A DNA stretch of 64,000 nucleotides, taken from NCBI GenBank assembly GCA_963778645.1, contig CAVZVH010000001.1, positions 67,697 through 131,696 on the forward strand, in the 5' to 3' direction. Source of the stretch: an uncultured Chloroflexia bacterium (GTDB taxonomy: Bacteria; Chloroflexota; Limnocylindria; Limnocylindrales; CSP1-4). Positions 41,352 through 51,047 of this stretch are shown piece after piece; within the stretch, counting starts at the first letter, position 1, and each line of letters begins with the position of its first letter. A model generated the notes under the pieces. That model was not told the DNA's origin. It made no database searches and saw only the letters and a program-made list of their open reading frames with translations. Made by a program: the position numbers and the translations under genes.

Positions 41352-42208
41352 CCCAGCGGGTCGGCCTCATCGGGAAGCCGCTGAAGCGACGCCACTCGCA
41401 GGTGATGCACGACGCCGCGTTCGACGCGGCCGGGATCGACGCGCGCTACGTCCTGCTCGAGCTCGAGCCGGATGCCGTCGAGGAGGCGGTGCGCGAGGCG
41501 CGCGGGCCCGACTGGCTCGGTCTCGGCGTGACCGCCCCGTACAAGCGGCTGGTCGCGGGCCTCGTCGACGAGGTCGAGGCCGACGCCGGCGACGATCGGT
41601 GCGGTCAACAACGTCGTCGCGGACCGAGACCGGCGGCCTCGTCGGGTTCAACACGGACGCGCCCGGCTTCCAGGTCGGCGTGGAGCTTGCGATGGGCCGG
41701 CCGCTCGCTGGAGCCGAGGTCGTCGTCGCCGGGGCCGGCGGCGCCGCCCACGCCGTCGTGTTCGCCTGTCTTCGTGCCGGTGCTCGGCTGGTGACCGTCG
41801 GGAATCGGACGCCCGCGTCCGCGACCACGCTCGTGGAACGCTTCGTCGACGTCGGGACGGGGTCTCGGTCGGCCGTCGCGCTCGCGGACCCCGCCTTCGA
41901 GACCGCGCTGCGGTCCGCGGACCTGGCGGTCAATGCCACGACGGTCGGGATGCTCGATCCGGGCGCGACCATCCCGGTCGACGCTGCTGCCGGCGACGGC
42001 GACCGTCTTCGACCTCGTCTACGTGCCGCCGGAGACGCCGTTGCTCCAGGCGGCGCGGGCGCGTGGCCTGCGCGCGGCGAACGGGTCGGAGATGCTGATC
42101 GCCCAGGCCGCCATCGCGTTCGAGCGCTGGACCGGCGTCGCCGGCATGGCGGACGTCATGCGCGTGGCCGTCGCGCCGCTGCTCGCCGACGCTGCGGCGC
42201 GCGCCTGA
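41348..42208 (+). CDS. aroE: Shikimate/quinate dehydrogenase-like protein (apparent frameshifts near 41590 and 41985)
   Basis: MHDAAF, VTAPYK, GAVNN, GFNTD, GAGGAA, VNAT, DLVY.P and NGSEMLIAQAAIAFERWTG across three frames. Confidence 0.8.
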
Positions 42209-42212
42209 CCCG

Positions 42213-43041
42213 ATGCGGCTCGCCACGATCGTCGGTCCGCATGGCCCCGGGGTGGGGATCGTCCGCGACGACCGTGTCCTCGAGCTCGAGCCGTTCGTCG
42301 ACATGCGCAGGTTCGCCATGACCCCCGACGGCATCGACTGGGCGCGCGACTGGGCCAGGTCCCGACCGAACAACGCCTGGTTGCCGCTCGCCGACGTGGC
42401 CCTCGGCCCGGCCGTGCCAGACCCGGGCGCGATCTACACCGTCGGCCTCAACTACGACGGCCCGGGTGCGGCCGGGCGCCCGGATGCGCCGCTCATCTAC
42501 GGCAAGGCGGCGAGCGCCGTCGCCGAGCATGGGGCGACGCTGTCGTGGGACCGGACACTGACCGCCAACGTGGACCCGGAGGTCGAGCTGGGCGTGGTCA
42601 TCGGCGCGACCGCCGCGAACGTCGGTGTCGAGGCCGCGATGGACCACGTCTTCGGCTTCACGTGCATGAACGACGTCTCGTCGCGCGACCCGTGGCTCGA
42701 CGGCGACCAGTGGCTTCTGGGCAAGTCGATGCCCGGCTTCTGCCCTGTCGGGCCGTGGATCGTCACCGCCGACGAGCTCGACCCGGCGGACCTGCGTCTC
42801 GGCTGCTCGATCGGTGGCGTCGCCATCCAGGACGGCACGACCGCGGACATGCGGTTCGCGAGTCGCCGAGATCGTGTCCTTCCTGAGTCATCACGCCACG
42901 CTGCGCCCCGGAGACCTGATCGCGACGGGGACCCCGACCCGCCTGGCCGCGCCCCTGGGACCGGACCGGCATCTCGAATCGGGCGACGTCGTGACGGTCT
43001 GGATCGAACGCATCGGGGAGCTCACCACCACCATCGCCTGA
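42213..43041 (+). CDS. Fumarylacetoacetate hydrolase family protein (apparent frameshift near 42860)
   Basis: VGLNY, DPEVELGVVIG, NDVSSRD, GKSMPGFCPVGP and LRPGDLIATGTP. Confidence 0.88.
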
Positions 43042-43062
43042 CCGCAGCCAGGAGGAGGCACC

Positions 43063-43851
43063 ATGAAACCGCCCACCGTGTTCCTCGGCGAGATGACCAG
43101 TCCGGAGGTGGAGGCCTTCCTGCGCGAGCACCAGACCGTCATCGTGCCGACCGGCTCGACCGAGCAGCACGGCCCGCACGGCCCGCTCCTGACCGATGCC
43201 CTGATCCCGCAGGAGGTGGCCCGTCGCGTCGCGCCCCGGGTAGGCGCCGTGGTCGCGCCGACGATCAACTACGCGCTGTCCTATCCGCACGTCGGCTTCA
43301 CGGGCGTGGTGCACATCCGGATCCCGACGTTCATGACGCTCATCGAGGACCTGTGCGCCTCGCTCGCGTCGATCGGCTTCCGGCGGATCGTCTTCCTGAA
43401 CGGGCACTACGACAACACGTACGCGATCGCCTACGCCTGCGCGACGGCCGCTGAGCGGATGCCGGCCGGCACGCGCGCCTTCCCGATCAACTACTGGGAC
43501 GGCATGACGGCCACCGAGGCGGCCGAGTACTTCGGCCCCGCGACCGGGCTGCACGCGAACCGTGCGGAGACGTCGGCGGTGCTCGCGATCGACCCGGCCC
43601 TGGTGGACCTGGATCGCGCGAACGCCGAGATGCCGCCGTTCCCCGAGGTCACGAGTCCGGCCCCGGTCCATACCGCCTTCTTCTTCTCGGCGCCCGGATC
43701 GGTCCATCGTGCGACGCGCTCCGGGACCTGGGGCGACGCGCGCGAGGCGACGGTCGAATTCGGCGAGCGTTACCTCGAAGTCGTGACCGAGGCGACGATC
43801 CGCATGGTCGACGACATCGAGCGGACGTTCGAGGCGATGCCACCGCGCTGA
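43063..43851 (+). CDS. Creatininase family amidohydrolase
   Basis: PTGSTEQHGPH, TD, NGHYDN and HANRAETS. Confidence 0.9.
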   Translation: MKPPTVFLGEMTSPEVEAFLREHQTVIVPTGSTEQHGPHGPLLTDALIPQEVARRVAPRVGAVVAPTINYALSYPHVGFTGVVHIRIPTFMTLIEDLCASLASIGFRRIVFLNGHYDNTYAIAYACATAAERMPAGTRAFPINYWDGMTATEAAEYFGPATGLHANRAETSAVLAIDPALVDLDRANAEMPPFPEVTSPAPVHTAFFFSAPGSVHRATRSGTWGDAREATVEFGERYLEVVTEATIRMVDDIERTFEAMPPR

Positions 43852-43867
43852 CGTCTCGCCGCCGTCG

Positions 43868-44998
43868 TCATGGCTCGGCCGCGAACCAGGCCCCGCCGCG
43901 CATGACCCGCTGGACCGAGAGATCGGCGTCGAGCTCCACGAGGTCGGCACGCTGGCCGACCGCGATCCGGCCACGATCGGTGACCCCGAGCAGGGCGAGC
44001 GGGTTGCGGCTCGCGGCCGCGACGGCCGCCGGCAGCGGGACGCCGGACGCCACGAGGTTCCTGACCGCGGTGTCGAGGGCGATGACGGATCCCGCCAGCG
44101 TGGACGTCCCGGCGAGGGTGACCCGCGCGCCCACGACCTCCACGTCCAGGTCGCCGATCCGCCCACGTCCCTCGCCGTTCCCGGCGAGCGCCAGCGCGTC
44201 GCTGACGAGCACGAGTCGGTCGACCGGCTTCAGCCGCGTGATGAGCGGCCACAGCGCGCGATCGACGTGGATCCCATCGGCGATGAGCTCGACGTAGACC
44301 GCGTCATCGAGCAGTGCGGCCACGGCGACGCCTGGGGCCCGATGGTCGACGCCGCTCATCGCGTTGAAGAGGTGCGTCGTGGAGGTCGCGCCGGCCTCGT
44401 ACCCGGCCCGCGCTTCCGCATCCGTGGCCGCCGAGTGGCCGATCGAGACCGCCGCCCCACGGTCGCGCAGCCAGCGGATGAGCTCGAGCGCGCCGGGAAG
44501 CTCGGGCGCGATGGTGACCAGCCGGAGTCCGTCGATGAGCGGCTCGAGGTCGGCGACCGGCACGTCACCCGGGACCAGGAGGTGGGCCGGATCATGTGCC
44601 CCGTGTCGTGCGGCGGCGAGGAACGGCCCCTCCAGGTTGAAGCCTAGCGGCTCGGCCCCGTTGGCCGGAGCGGCCGGCAGCCACTCCCGAACCATCTCTG
44701 CAAAGGCGACGAGCGACGGAAGGGGCGCGGTCACGGCGGTCGGCAGGAACGCGGTCACTCCCCGTCGCAGGAGGCTCCTGGCCATGCCGTCGAGCGCGGC
44801 CGGGTCGCCCATCGCGTCGTGGCCGCCCCAGCCGTGGACGTGCACGTCGACAAACCCGGGGCTGAGATATGGAGCGTCGGCGCCCGACTCCTCGTCGAGC
44901 TCGATCGCGGCGATCCACCCGCGTTCGATGGTGATGTGCCCGTCCACGACCCGATCGTCGAGGACCAGGCGACCGCGGACTGCCTTCCGCTCGGTCAT
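43868..44998 (-). CDS. nagA: N-acetylglucosamine-6-phosphate deacetylase
   Basis: PGFVDVHVHG, LEGPF, TIAPE, GHS, HLFNAM, ADGIH, SDA and LAGS. Confidence 0.88.
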   Translation of the reverse strand: MTERKAVRGRLVLDDRVVDGHITIERGWIAAIELDEESGADAPYLSPGFVDVHVHGWGGHDAMGDPAALDGMARSLLRRGVTAFLPTAVTAPLPSLVAFAEMVREWLPAAPANGAEPLGFNLEGPFLAAARHGAHDPAHLLVPGDVPVADLEPLIDGLRLVTIAPELPGALELIRWLRDRGAAVSIGHSAATDAEARAGYEAGATSTTHLFNAMSGVDHRAPGVAVAALLDDAVYVELIADGIHVDRALWPLITRLKPVDRLVLVSDALALAGNGEGRGRIGDLDVEVVGARVTLAGTSTLAGSVIALDTAVRNLVASGVPLPAAVAAASRNPLALLGVTDRGRIAVGQRADLVELDADLSVQRVMRGGAWFAAEP

Positions 44999-45014
44999 CG
45001 GGCGACCGTGACGG

Positions 45015-45092
45015 TCACGCGTCGCGTGCGCCGCTGCCGTCGAGGGCGAGACCGAGGTGGCGGCTGGTCGGCTCGCGGTCGATCGCGTCCAT
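45015..45092 (-). pseudogene. 25-codon mini-ORF, probable internally deleted ROK kinase remnant
   Basis: Manual translation MDAIDREPTSRHLGLALDGSGARDA*; TGATG-coupled to the permease; SRHLGL matches the start of the ROK kinase at 17459 (MTASRHLGLDLGG). Confidence 0.45.
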
Positions 45093-46078
45093 CAGGCTTC
45101 GCCGGTCACCCGAGCGTACAGCGCGGCGACGGCGACGATGATCGAGCCGAACAGCACCTGGCGCACGGCTTCGGGATACCCGAGTGCGGTGAGCAGCGCG
45201 CTGATGATCGTCAGGATCAGCGCCCCGACGATCGTCCCGCCAAGGCCGCCTCGTCCACCGAAGATCGACGTCCCGCCGATGACCGCCGCGGCGACCGACG
45301 GCAGGACTAGCGAATTGGCGAGCGTCACGCTGGCGACGTTCGTGAGTCCGGAGAGAAGGAACCCGGCCACGGCTGCCATCAAGGCCGACACCACGTAGAG
45401 GACGACCAGGACCTGCCAGCTGCGCGCGCCCGACAGGCGCGCCGCGACCGGGTTGTCGCCGATCGCGTACAGCATCCGGCCGTACCCGCTCCGACGTAGG
45501 GCGACAAGGATCAGCACGATGAGCGGCACGAACACGATGAAGCTGAACGGGAGCAGCAGGCCCAGTCGCTCCGAGCCGAGGGTACGAAGCTCGGGCGGGA
45601 CACCAGTCGAGCTCTGGACCATAAGGATCTGCCAGGCGTTGGCCAACCCGAGCACGACGAAGCTCACGCCCAGCGACATGATCAACGGATGGACCCGGAA
45701 GATGCCGACGCCGATCCCGGTCAGGAGGCCCGCCAGCGTGGCCGCCGCCAGGGCCACGAGCAGCCCGACCTCCAGTCCTGGGCCGCTCACCAGGGAGGCG
45801 ACCACGAATCCAGACATGGAGGCGACGGCGCCGACCGAGAGATCGATCCCGCCCGTCAGCATCGTCAGCGTCTGGCAGCCTGCGAGGATCGCGAGCGGGA
45901 CCGCTGCACGCAGCATGACGCCCGCCCAGTCCGCGCTGACGACACCCGGTCGGACGATCGCGTAGGCGCCGACCAGGAGTAGGAGGAGGACGGACAACGG
46001 GATGATCGGCCGCTCGCGCAAGAGGCGGCGCCAGGTCGTCGCGGTTCGCCAGTCAGGGGCACTGGTCACCGGAGTCAT
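45092..46078 (-). CDS. Monosaccharide ABC transporter permease (RbsC-like)
   Basis: GGIDLSVG, YAIGDNPVAARLSG and AAVIGGTSIFGGRG; start MTPVTS at 46078. Confidence 0.92.
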   Translation of the reverse strand: MTPVTSAPDWRTATTWRRLLRERPIIPLSVLLLLLVGAYAIVRPGVVSADWAGVMLRAAVPLAILAGCQTLTMLTGGIDLSVGAVASMSGFVVASLVSGPGLEVGLLVALAAATLAGLLTGIGVGIFRVHPLIMSLGVSFVVLGLANAWQILMVQSSTGVPPELRTLGSERLGLLLPFSFIVFVPLIVLILVALRRSGYGRMLYAIGDNPVAARLSGARSWQVLVVLYVVSALMAAVAGFLLSGLTNVASVTLANSLVLPSVAAAVIGGTSIFGGRGGLGGTIVGALILTIISALLTALGYPEAVRQVLFGSIIVAVAALYARVTGEA

Positions 46079-47079
46079 CGCCGACTCCGGCGCCATTGCA
46101 GAAGGCTGCCGAACATCACGACGCCGATCAGGATCAGGCCTTGGCTGACGAGGGAGAGGTTCGGGTCGAGGCTCATGAAGGCCATGTCGATCTGGACCAG
46201 CTGGAGGAGGAGCACGGCCACGATCGGGCCGAACACGCCGCCCCGACCACCTGCAAGGCTGACTCCACCGAGGACGACGGCGGCAACACTCATGAGGGTG
46301 TAGGGACCCGGGACCGGGTTCCCGATCCCGGTGCTCGCGGTGAGCGCGAGACCTGCGAAGGCCGAGAACAGGCCCGTCAAGGCGTAGGCGATGATCTTCG
46401 TCCGACCGACCGAGACGCCACTTCGGAAGGCCGCAAGCTGGTAGCTCCCGATGGCGTAGATCGAGAGTCCAAGCCGCGACCGTCGGAGCGGGATCCAGAT
46501 GACGGCCACGATCACGAGCAGGACGACCGTGGCCTTGGGGATCCAATCGACGCCGACCGACCCCAGGACCAGCTCCTTGAGCCACAGCGCGGAGCCGCCC
46601 GCTGGCGTCTTGAGGACCAGGAGCGCACTGCCGCCCCAGACGAACGCCATCGCCAGCGTGACCACGATGTCCGGGACCCGCGTGGCGACGATCAAGCTGC
46701 CGTTGATCGCGCCGAGCAGGAGTCCGAAGACCAGCGTGGCGAGCACGATGGCGACGGCGAACTCCTCGCTCTGGCCCTCCATGTTTGCCGCTGCGAACAC
46801 GCTCGTCAGGGCCATCATCGATCCGATCGAGAGATCGATGCCCCCAGCGATGACGCAGATCGCCTGGGCCACCGCCGCCAAGGCGAGCGGCAGCACCGAG
46901 ATGGCCAGGGCCTGGATCCCGGCGGCGCCGTAGTTCGAGTTGATCAGCCGGGTATAGATGAGCAAGAGCGCGAGGAGACCCAGGAGCGCCAGCGTCCAGC
47001 CGTTCCGGCGGACCCACGCGAGCAGCGCGACGGTCGGGCTGCTCCGGGTGTCGTCGAATGCGGGAGCCATCGCGCTCAT
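46075..47079 (-). CDS. Monosaccharide ABC transporter permease
   Basis: GGIDLSIG, YAIGS...AFRSG and AAVVLGGVSLAGGRG. Confidence 0.92.
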   Translation of the reverse strand: MSAMAPAFDDTRSSPTVALLAWVRRNGWTLALLGLLALLLIYTRLINSNYGAAGIQALAISVLPLALAAVAQAICVIAGGIDLSIGSMMALTSVFAAANMEGQSEEFAVAIVLATLVFGLLLGAINGSLIVATRVPDIVVTLAMAFVWGGSALLVLKTPAGGSALWLKELVLGSVGVDWIPKATVVLLVIVAVIWIPLRRSRLGLSIYAIGSYQLAAFRSGVSVGRTKIIAYALTGLFSAFAGLALTASTGIGNPVPGPYTLMSVAAVVLGGVSLAGGRGGVFGPIVAVLLLQLVQIDMAFMSLDPNLSLVSQGLILIGVVMFGSLLQWRRSRR

Positions 47080-48683
47080 CGGCCGTCCGCCGGCCGGCTG
47101 GGCGGTTGATGGGTGTCACCCGATGCCCCGGCAGCGTCGCTGGCGACCCCCGCCGCGACGACCTCCGCCGCCACTTCCTCGGGCATCGCCGCGTCGGATC
47201 GGAGGTTGTAGGCGGCGCGCAGCAATGTCGATTCGTCTGCGTCTGCGGCATCGACCTCGGCGACCACGCGACCTCCGAAGATCACGATCGTGCGGTCGCA
47301 CACGAGCTGCACCTCCTTGAGCTCTGAGGTGTACAGGAGGATCGCGGCTCCGGCACCGGCGAGGTCCCGGAGCAGGACGTAGATCTGCTGTTTCGTCCGG
47401 ATGTCGATGCCGCGCGTCGGGTCGAAACACAGCATCGTATGCACGCCGCCGGCGACCCAGCGCGCGATGGTCACCTTTTGCTGGTTGCCACCGGACAGCC
47501 GCCGTACTTCGCCCCCGGCCCGGGCGTCGATCTGCAGCTTCTCGACGGCGCCCTTCACCCGCTTGCGCTCCGCGCCAAGATCGATCAGGCCCCACTGGCG
47601 GATACGCGCGGTGACCGGGAGGGTGATGTTCTCGGTCACGGAGCGTTGCGGGAGCAGCGCTTCCGCCCGGTCGGCCGCGACGTAGACGATGCCGGCCCGG
47701 ATGGCATCCGCGGGATGGCGGAATGAGACGGGGGATCCGTCAGCGAACAGCTCGCCCCCGCTCGGTCGCTCGGACCCCGCCAGGATGTCGAACAGCTCGT
47801 CCTGCCCCTGCCCCTCGAGGGCGACGACACCGAGCACCTCGCCCGGGTACAGCTCGAACGACACGTCCTGCAGCTTCGTGTCGGAGCTGAGCGCCCGGGC
47901 CGACAGGCGCGGTGTGAGCCCGCTCGCTCGCTCGATCGGCGCTGCCCCGTCGCTCATGCGGGAGTGGAGCTCCTGGACGATCCGGCCGAGCATGAGCTCG
48001 ACGATCCGCTCTTCGGAGCCTTCATTCACGTCGACGACGCCGACGGTCTCGCCTTCTCGCAGGACAGTCGCGCGATCGCAGACCGCCGCGATCTCGATCA
48101 TGCGGTGCGAGATGAAGATCACGGATCGGTCCCCGCCGCGCTGCCGGCCGACCACCTCGAGGACCCGCTCGGTCAGGTTCGCTGGAAGCGCGGCCGTCAT
48201 CTCGTCGAGCATCAATACATCGGGCTCGATGGCGAGGGCGCGGGCGAGGTCGATGATTCGCAGCGAGGCGAGCGGCAGCTGCCTGGCCACAGACGATAGG
48301 TCGACATTCCCGAGGCCGAGCTCGTTGAGCCAGTGACGGAAGGGCTCGATCGGCGTGTCCGTGAGCCGCAGGTTCGAGCGGATGTCGAGGTCCGAGACGA
48401 GCGCCGGCTCCTGGTAGACGGAGACCAGGCCGCCCCGTCGGGCGTCGGCCGGCGAATGGACGGTGCGCTCTCGGCCGCGAACGAGGATACGGCCGCTGTC
48501 CGGCCGGACGTTGCCTGTGAGGATCTTGACCAGCGTGCTCTTGCCCGCGCCGTTGGCGCCCATGAGCGCGTGGACCTCGCCCGGGCGGACCGCCAGCGAC
48601 GCGGAACGGAGCGCGACCACCGCGCCGTACGACTTCGCGATGCCGGTCGCCTCGAGCAGGAGATCAGTGGCGGTCAGGGTCAT
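47076..48683 (-). CDS. Monosaccharide ABC transporter ATP-binding protein (RbsA-like, two domains)
   Basis: GANGAGKST, LDEMT, LSGGNQQK and DPTRGID. Confidence 0.93.
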   Translation of the reverse strand: MTLTATDLLLEATGIAKSYGAVVALRSASLAVRPGEVHALMGANGAGKSTLVKILTGNVRPDSGRILVRGRERTVHSPADARRGGLVSVYQEPALVSDLDIRSNLRLTDTPIEPFRHWLNELGLGNVDLSSVARQLPLASLRIIDLARALAIEPDVLMLDEMTAALPANLTERVLEVVGRQRGGDRSVIFISHRMIEIAAVCDRATVLREGETVGVVDVNEGSEERIVELMLGRIVQELHSRMSDGAAPIERASGLTPRLSARALSSDTKLQDVSFELYPGEVLGVVALEGQGQDELFDILAGSERPSGGELFADGSPVSFRHPADAIRAGIVYVAADRAEALLPQRSVTENITLPVTARIRQWGLIDLGAERKRVKGAVEKLQIDARAGGEVRRLSGGNQQKVTIARWVAGGVHTMLCFDPTRGIDIRTKQQIYVLLRDLAGAGAAILLYTSELKEVQLVCDRTIVIFGGRVVAEVDAADADESTLLRAAYNLRSDAAMPEEVAAEVVAAGVASDAAGASGDTHQPPSRPADGR

Positions 48684-48712
48684 CGGTCCCCGCGTCAATG
48701 CACCGGTGTGAG

Positions 48713-48745
48713 TCGAGGGATGCCGGCGGTGCCGGCATCCCTCGA
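48713..48745. terminator. Perfect 15-bp hairpin between the SBP and ATPase genes (partial terminator or mRNA stabiliser)
   Basis: tcgagggatgccggc - ggt - gccggcatccctcga. Confidence 0.7.
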
Positions 48746-48773
48746 AACGGACGACCGATTTTCGGGTCGGTGG

Positions 48774-49955
48774 TTACTCGCCTGGGCCCTTGCAGGCGAT
48801 GGCCTGCTCAGGCGTGTAGGTGGTCCATCCGTCGATCGTCACGCTCAGTGGCCAGAGCGGGTTGAGCCCCTCGACCTGCTGCCATGACGCCAATAGCGCC
48901 TTGCCCTCGTCGGTGATGTTGTCGGCCAGGACGGGCTTGAGCAGGACCGTATTGGGGTAGGGAGCCGAGGCATCGGCCTGGACGGTCTCGCCGCTCAGGA
49001 CCTTCAGCGCCAGGTTGACGCCCGCACCGCCGACGGCGGCCGTGTTTGTCACCGCTGCGCCCTGCAGGCCAGCATAGTTGGTGGCGTCACCCAGATAGTT
49101 GGCGAACGCACCGAGATCCGCACCGACGATCGGCTTGTACTCCTTGCCGGCTGCCTTCACGGCATCGACGACCTGTGAGTCCATGCCGGACGTCCAGATG
49201 CCGTTCACCGTGTCGTACTGGCCGCTCGAGATGAACTCGTTGGCCAGGTTCGTTGCGGTCGTTGGGTTCCAATCGGTATGGACGCCCTCGTTGTTCGGGA
49301 CGACTTCGATGCCCGGGGTCTCGGAAAGTGCCCGTTCGAAGCCGGTATGACGGTCGGTGTCGGCCGGATGGCCGGCGATACCACGCGTGTACCACACCTT
49401 GCCCGTGCCACCGATCTGGTCGAACAGCCACTTGGCTCCGAGGTACGCGTACTCCACCTGGTTGTTGTAGAACTTCCAGGTCTCCGGGTCCTCGACGTAC
49501 GCGTCGACGGCGACCATCAGGATGCCGGCCGCCTGGGCCTCGTCGATGGCCGCTTGAAGCGCGGTCGCGTGGCTTGGGTTGAAGACGATCGCGTCGGGGT
49601 CGTTGGCGATGAGCGTCCGCAGGTCCGCGAGCTGCTGCGCCGTGTCGGCGTCGCGCGCGATCATGTCGACCTTCGACACCTGGCCGGACGCCAGCGCCTC
49701 GGCCTTGGCCGTGCAGTTCTGCTCTTCTCGGAACCCGTTGCCGGTGCCACCGGTGTTCGAGAAGCCGATCGTGTACTGCGTGGCCGCGCTCGGGGCGGCA
49801 GACGATGCTGCCGCGCTTGGTGCCGCCGCGCTCGCGCTTGGTGCCGCGACGCTCGGCGCGGCGGATGATCCGCCACTGCTGCAGGCCACCGCGACCATCG
49901 CGACGGCTGTGAAGACCACGAGCCATTTGGCCCGGGTCGTGCCCTTTCCTGTCAT
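48774..49955 (-). CDS. Sugar ABC transporter substrate-binding lipoprotein (periplasmic binding protein type 1)
   Basis: AVAC lipobox, SAAAPS linker, IGFSN, DPDAIVFNP and VAVDA; GAGGAGGAG RBS before ATG 49955. Confidence 0.92.
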   Translation of the reverse strand: MTGKGTTRAKWLVVFTAVAMVAVACSSGGSSAAPSVAAPSASAAAPSAAASSAAPSAATQYTIGFSNTGGTGNGFREEQNCTAKAEALASGQVSKVDMIARDADTAQQLADLRTLIANDPDAIVFNPSHATALQAAIDEAQAAGILMVAVDAYVEDPETWKFYNNQVEYAYLGAKWLFDQIGGTGKVWYTRGIAGHPADTDRHTGFERALSETPGIEVVPNNEGVHTDWNPTTATNLANEFISSGQYDTVNGIWTSGMDSQVVDAVKAAGKEYKPIVGADLGAFANYLGDATNYAGLQGAAVTNTAAVGGAGVNLALKVLSGETVQADASAPYPNTVLLKPVLADNITDEGKALLASWQQVEGLNPLWPLSVTIDGWTTYTPEQAIACKGPGE

Positions 49956-50132
49956 GTGCACTCCTCCTCGAAAATGGCGCGCTCGTCGGCATCGCCGACG
50001 GGCTGTGCGCTCGCATGAACACTGCCCCGCTCACCGGGGTGTGTGCGTCGCATTATGTCGGGGTCACCTCCTCGCGTCCCTCGACCGTTCCATGATCCGT
50101 CGTGCGGATGCGGAAACGAGCCTTCGCCTCGG

Positions 50133-51047
50133 TCACTTGATGTATGGCCGCAGGACGTCGCGCGCGATCAGGAAGCCCTGCTTCACACGCTCGTCGGTGC
50201 CCTCGAACACGCGGTCTTCGTGCTCGATGATGATGTCGCCGTCGTAGCCGGTCCGATAGAGCGCCGAGAACAGGGCGCCCCATTCGACCTCGCCGAGACC
50301 CGGGATGCGGGGGATCTGCCAGCCGATCCCGGCCGACAGGATGCCGCGCTCGTACAACCCGTCACGGTCGATCATCAGGTCCTTGGCCTGCACGTGCAGG
50401 ATGTGCGGCCCGAACTCGCCGATGAAGCGGGGGATCTCGATCATCTGGAGGATGAGGTGGGACGGGTCGAAGTTGAGCCCGATCGTGCCGCCCCAGGTTT
50501 CGAGGATCCGGCGCCAGATGCGCGGGGTGGTGGCGAGGTTGTGGCCGCCCGGCCACTCGTCGTACGAGAACAGCATCGGGCAGTTCTCGAGGGTGATCTG
50601 GCGACCGTGATCCTGCGCGAAGGTGACGATGTCCGGCCAGACTCGGAGCGCCTCCGCCCAGTTGTCGTCCTGGTTCTTCGACCCGTCCGCGCCCATGAAC
50701 GTGTTGACGTATGAGACGCCCATCGCCTCGGCGGCTTGGATGACGCGCTTGAGGTGCCCGATGACCTCGGCCCGATGTTCCGGATCGGGGTGGAGCGGGT
50801 TCGGGTAGTAGCCCAGGCCGGAGATCGAGAGGCCCTTGGCCGTGATCGCATCGACGATCTCGGTGGCCTGACTCGCGGAGAGGTTCGCGACGTCGATGTG
50901 GGACGTGCCGGCATACCGTCGCGTCGTGCCGGTCGTGCGCGGCCAGCAGGCGATCTCGACGCTGTCGAATCCATTGGCCGCCGTCCAGTCGACGACGTCG
51001 CTGAGCGGGGTCTCGGGGAATGGGGCGGTCAGCAGGCCTAGCTTCAT
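50133..51047 (-). CDS. Sugar phosphate isomerase/epimerase (xylose-isomerase-like TIM barrel)
   Basis: VEIACWP, ITLENCP, GLNFDPSH, HVQAKD, PGLGEVEW and IIEHED. Confidence 0.88.
   Translation of the reverse strand: MKLGLLTAPFPETPLSDVVDWTAANGFDSVEIACWPRTTGTTRRYAGTSHIDVANLSASQATEIVDAITAKGLSISGLGYYPNPLHPDPEHRAEVIGHLKRVIQAAEAMGVSYVNTFMGADGSKNQDDNWAEALRVWPDIVTFAQDHGRQITLENCPMLFSYDEWPGGHNLATTPRIWRRILETWGGTIGLNFDPSHLILQMIEIPRFIGEFGPHILHVQAKDLMIDRDGLYERGILSAGIGWQIPRIPGLGEVEWGALFSALYRTGYDGDIIIEHEDRVFEGTDERVKQGFLIARDVLRPYIK

Noticed and set aside
43063-43851. Mycofactocin peptidase MftE
   Set aside because: Creatininase fold only; no mftA, mftB or mftC genes in the window.
49790-49870. Short repeats (gccgcgcttggtgcc) and similar ones at 58540-58610
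   Set aside because: They encode Ser/Ala/Pro linkers of lipoprotein SBPs; not CRISPR or mobile-element repeats.
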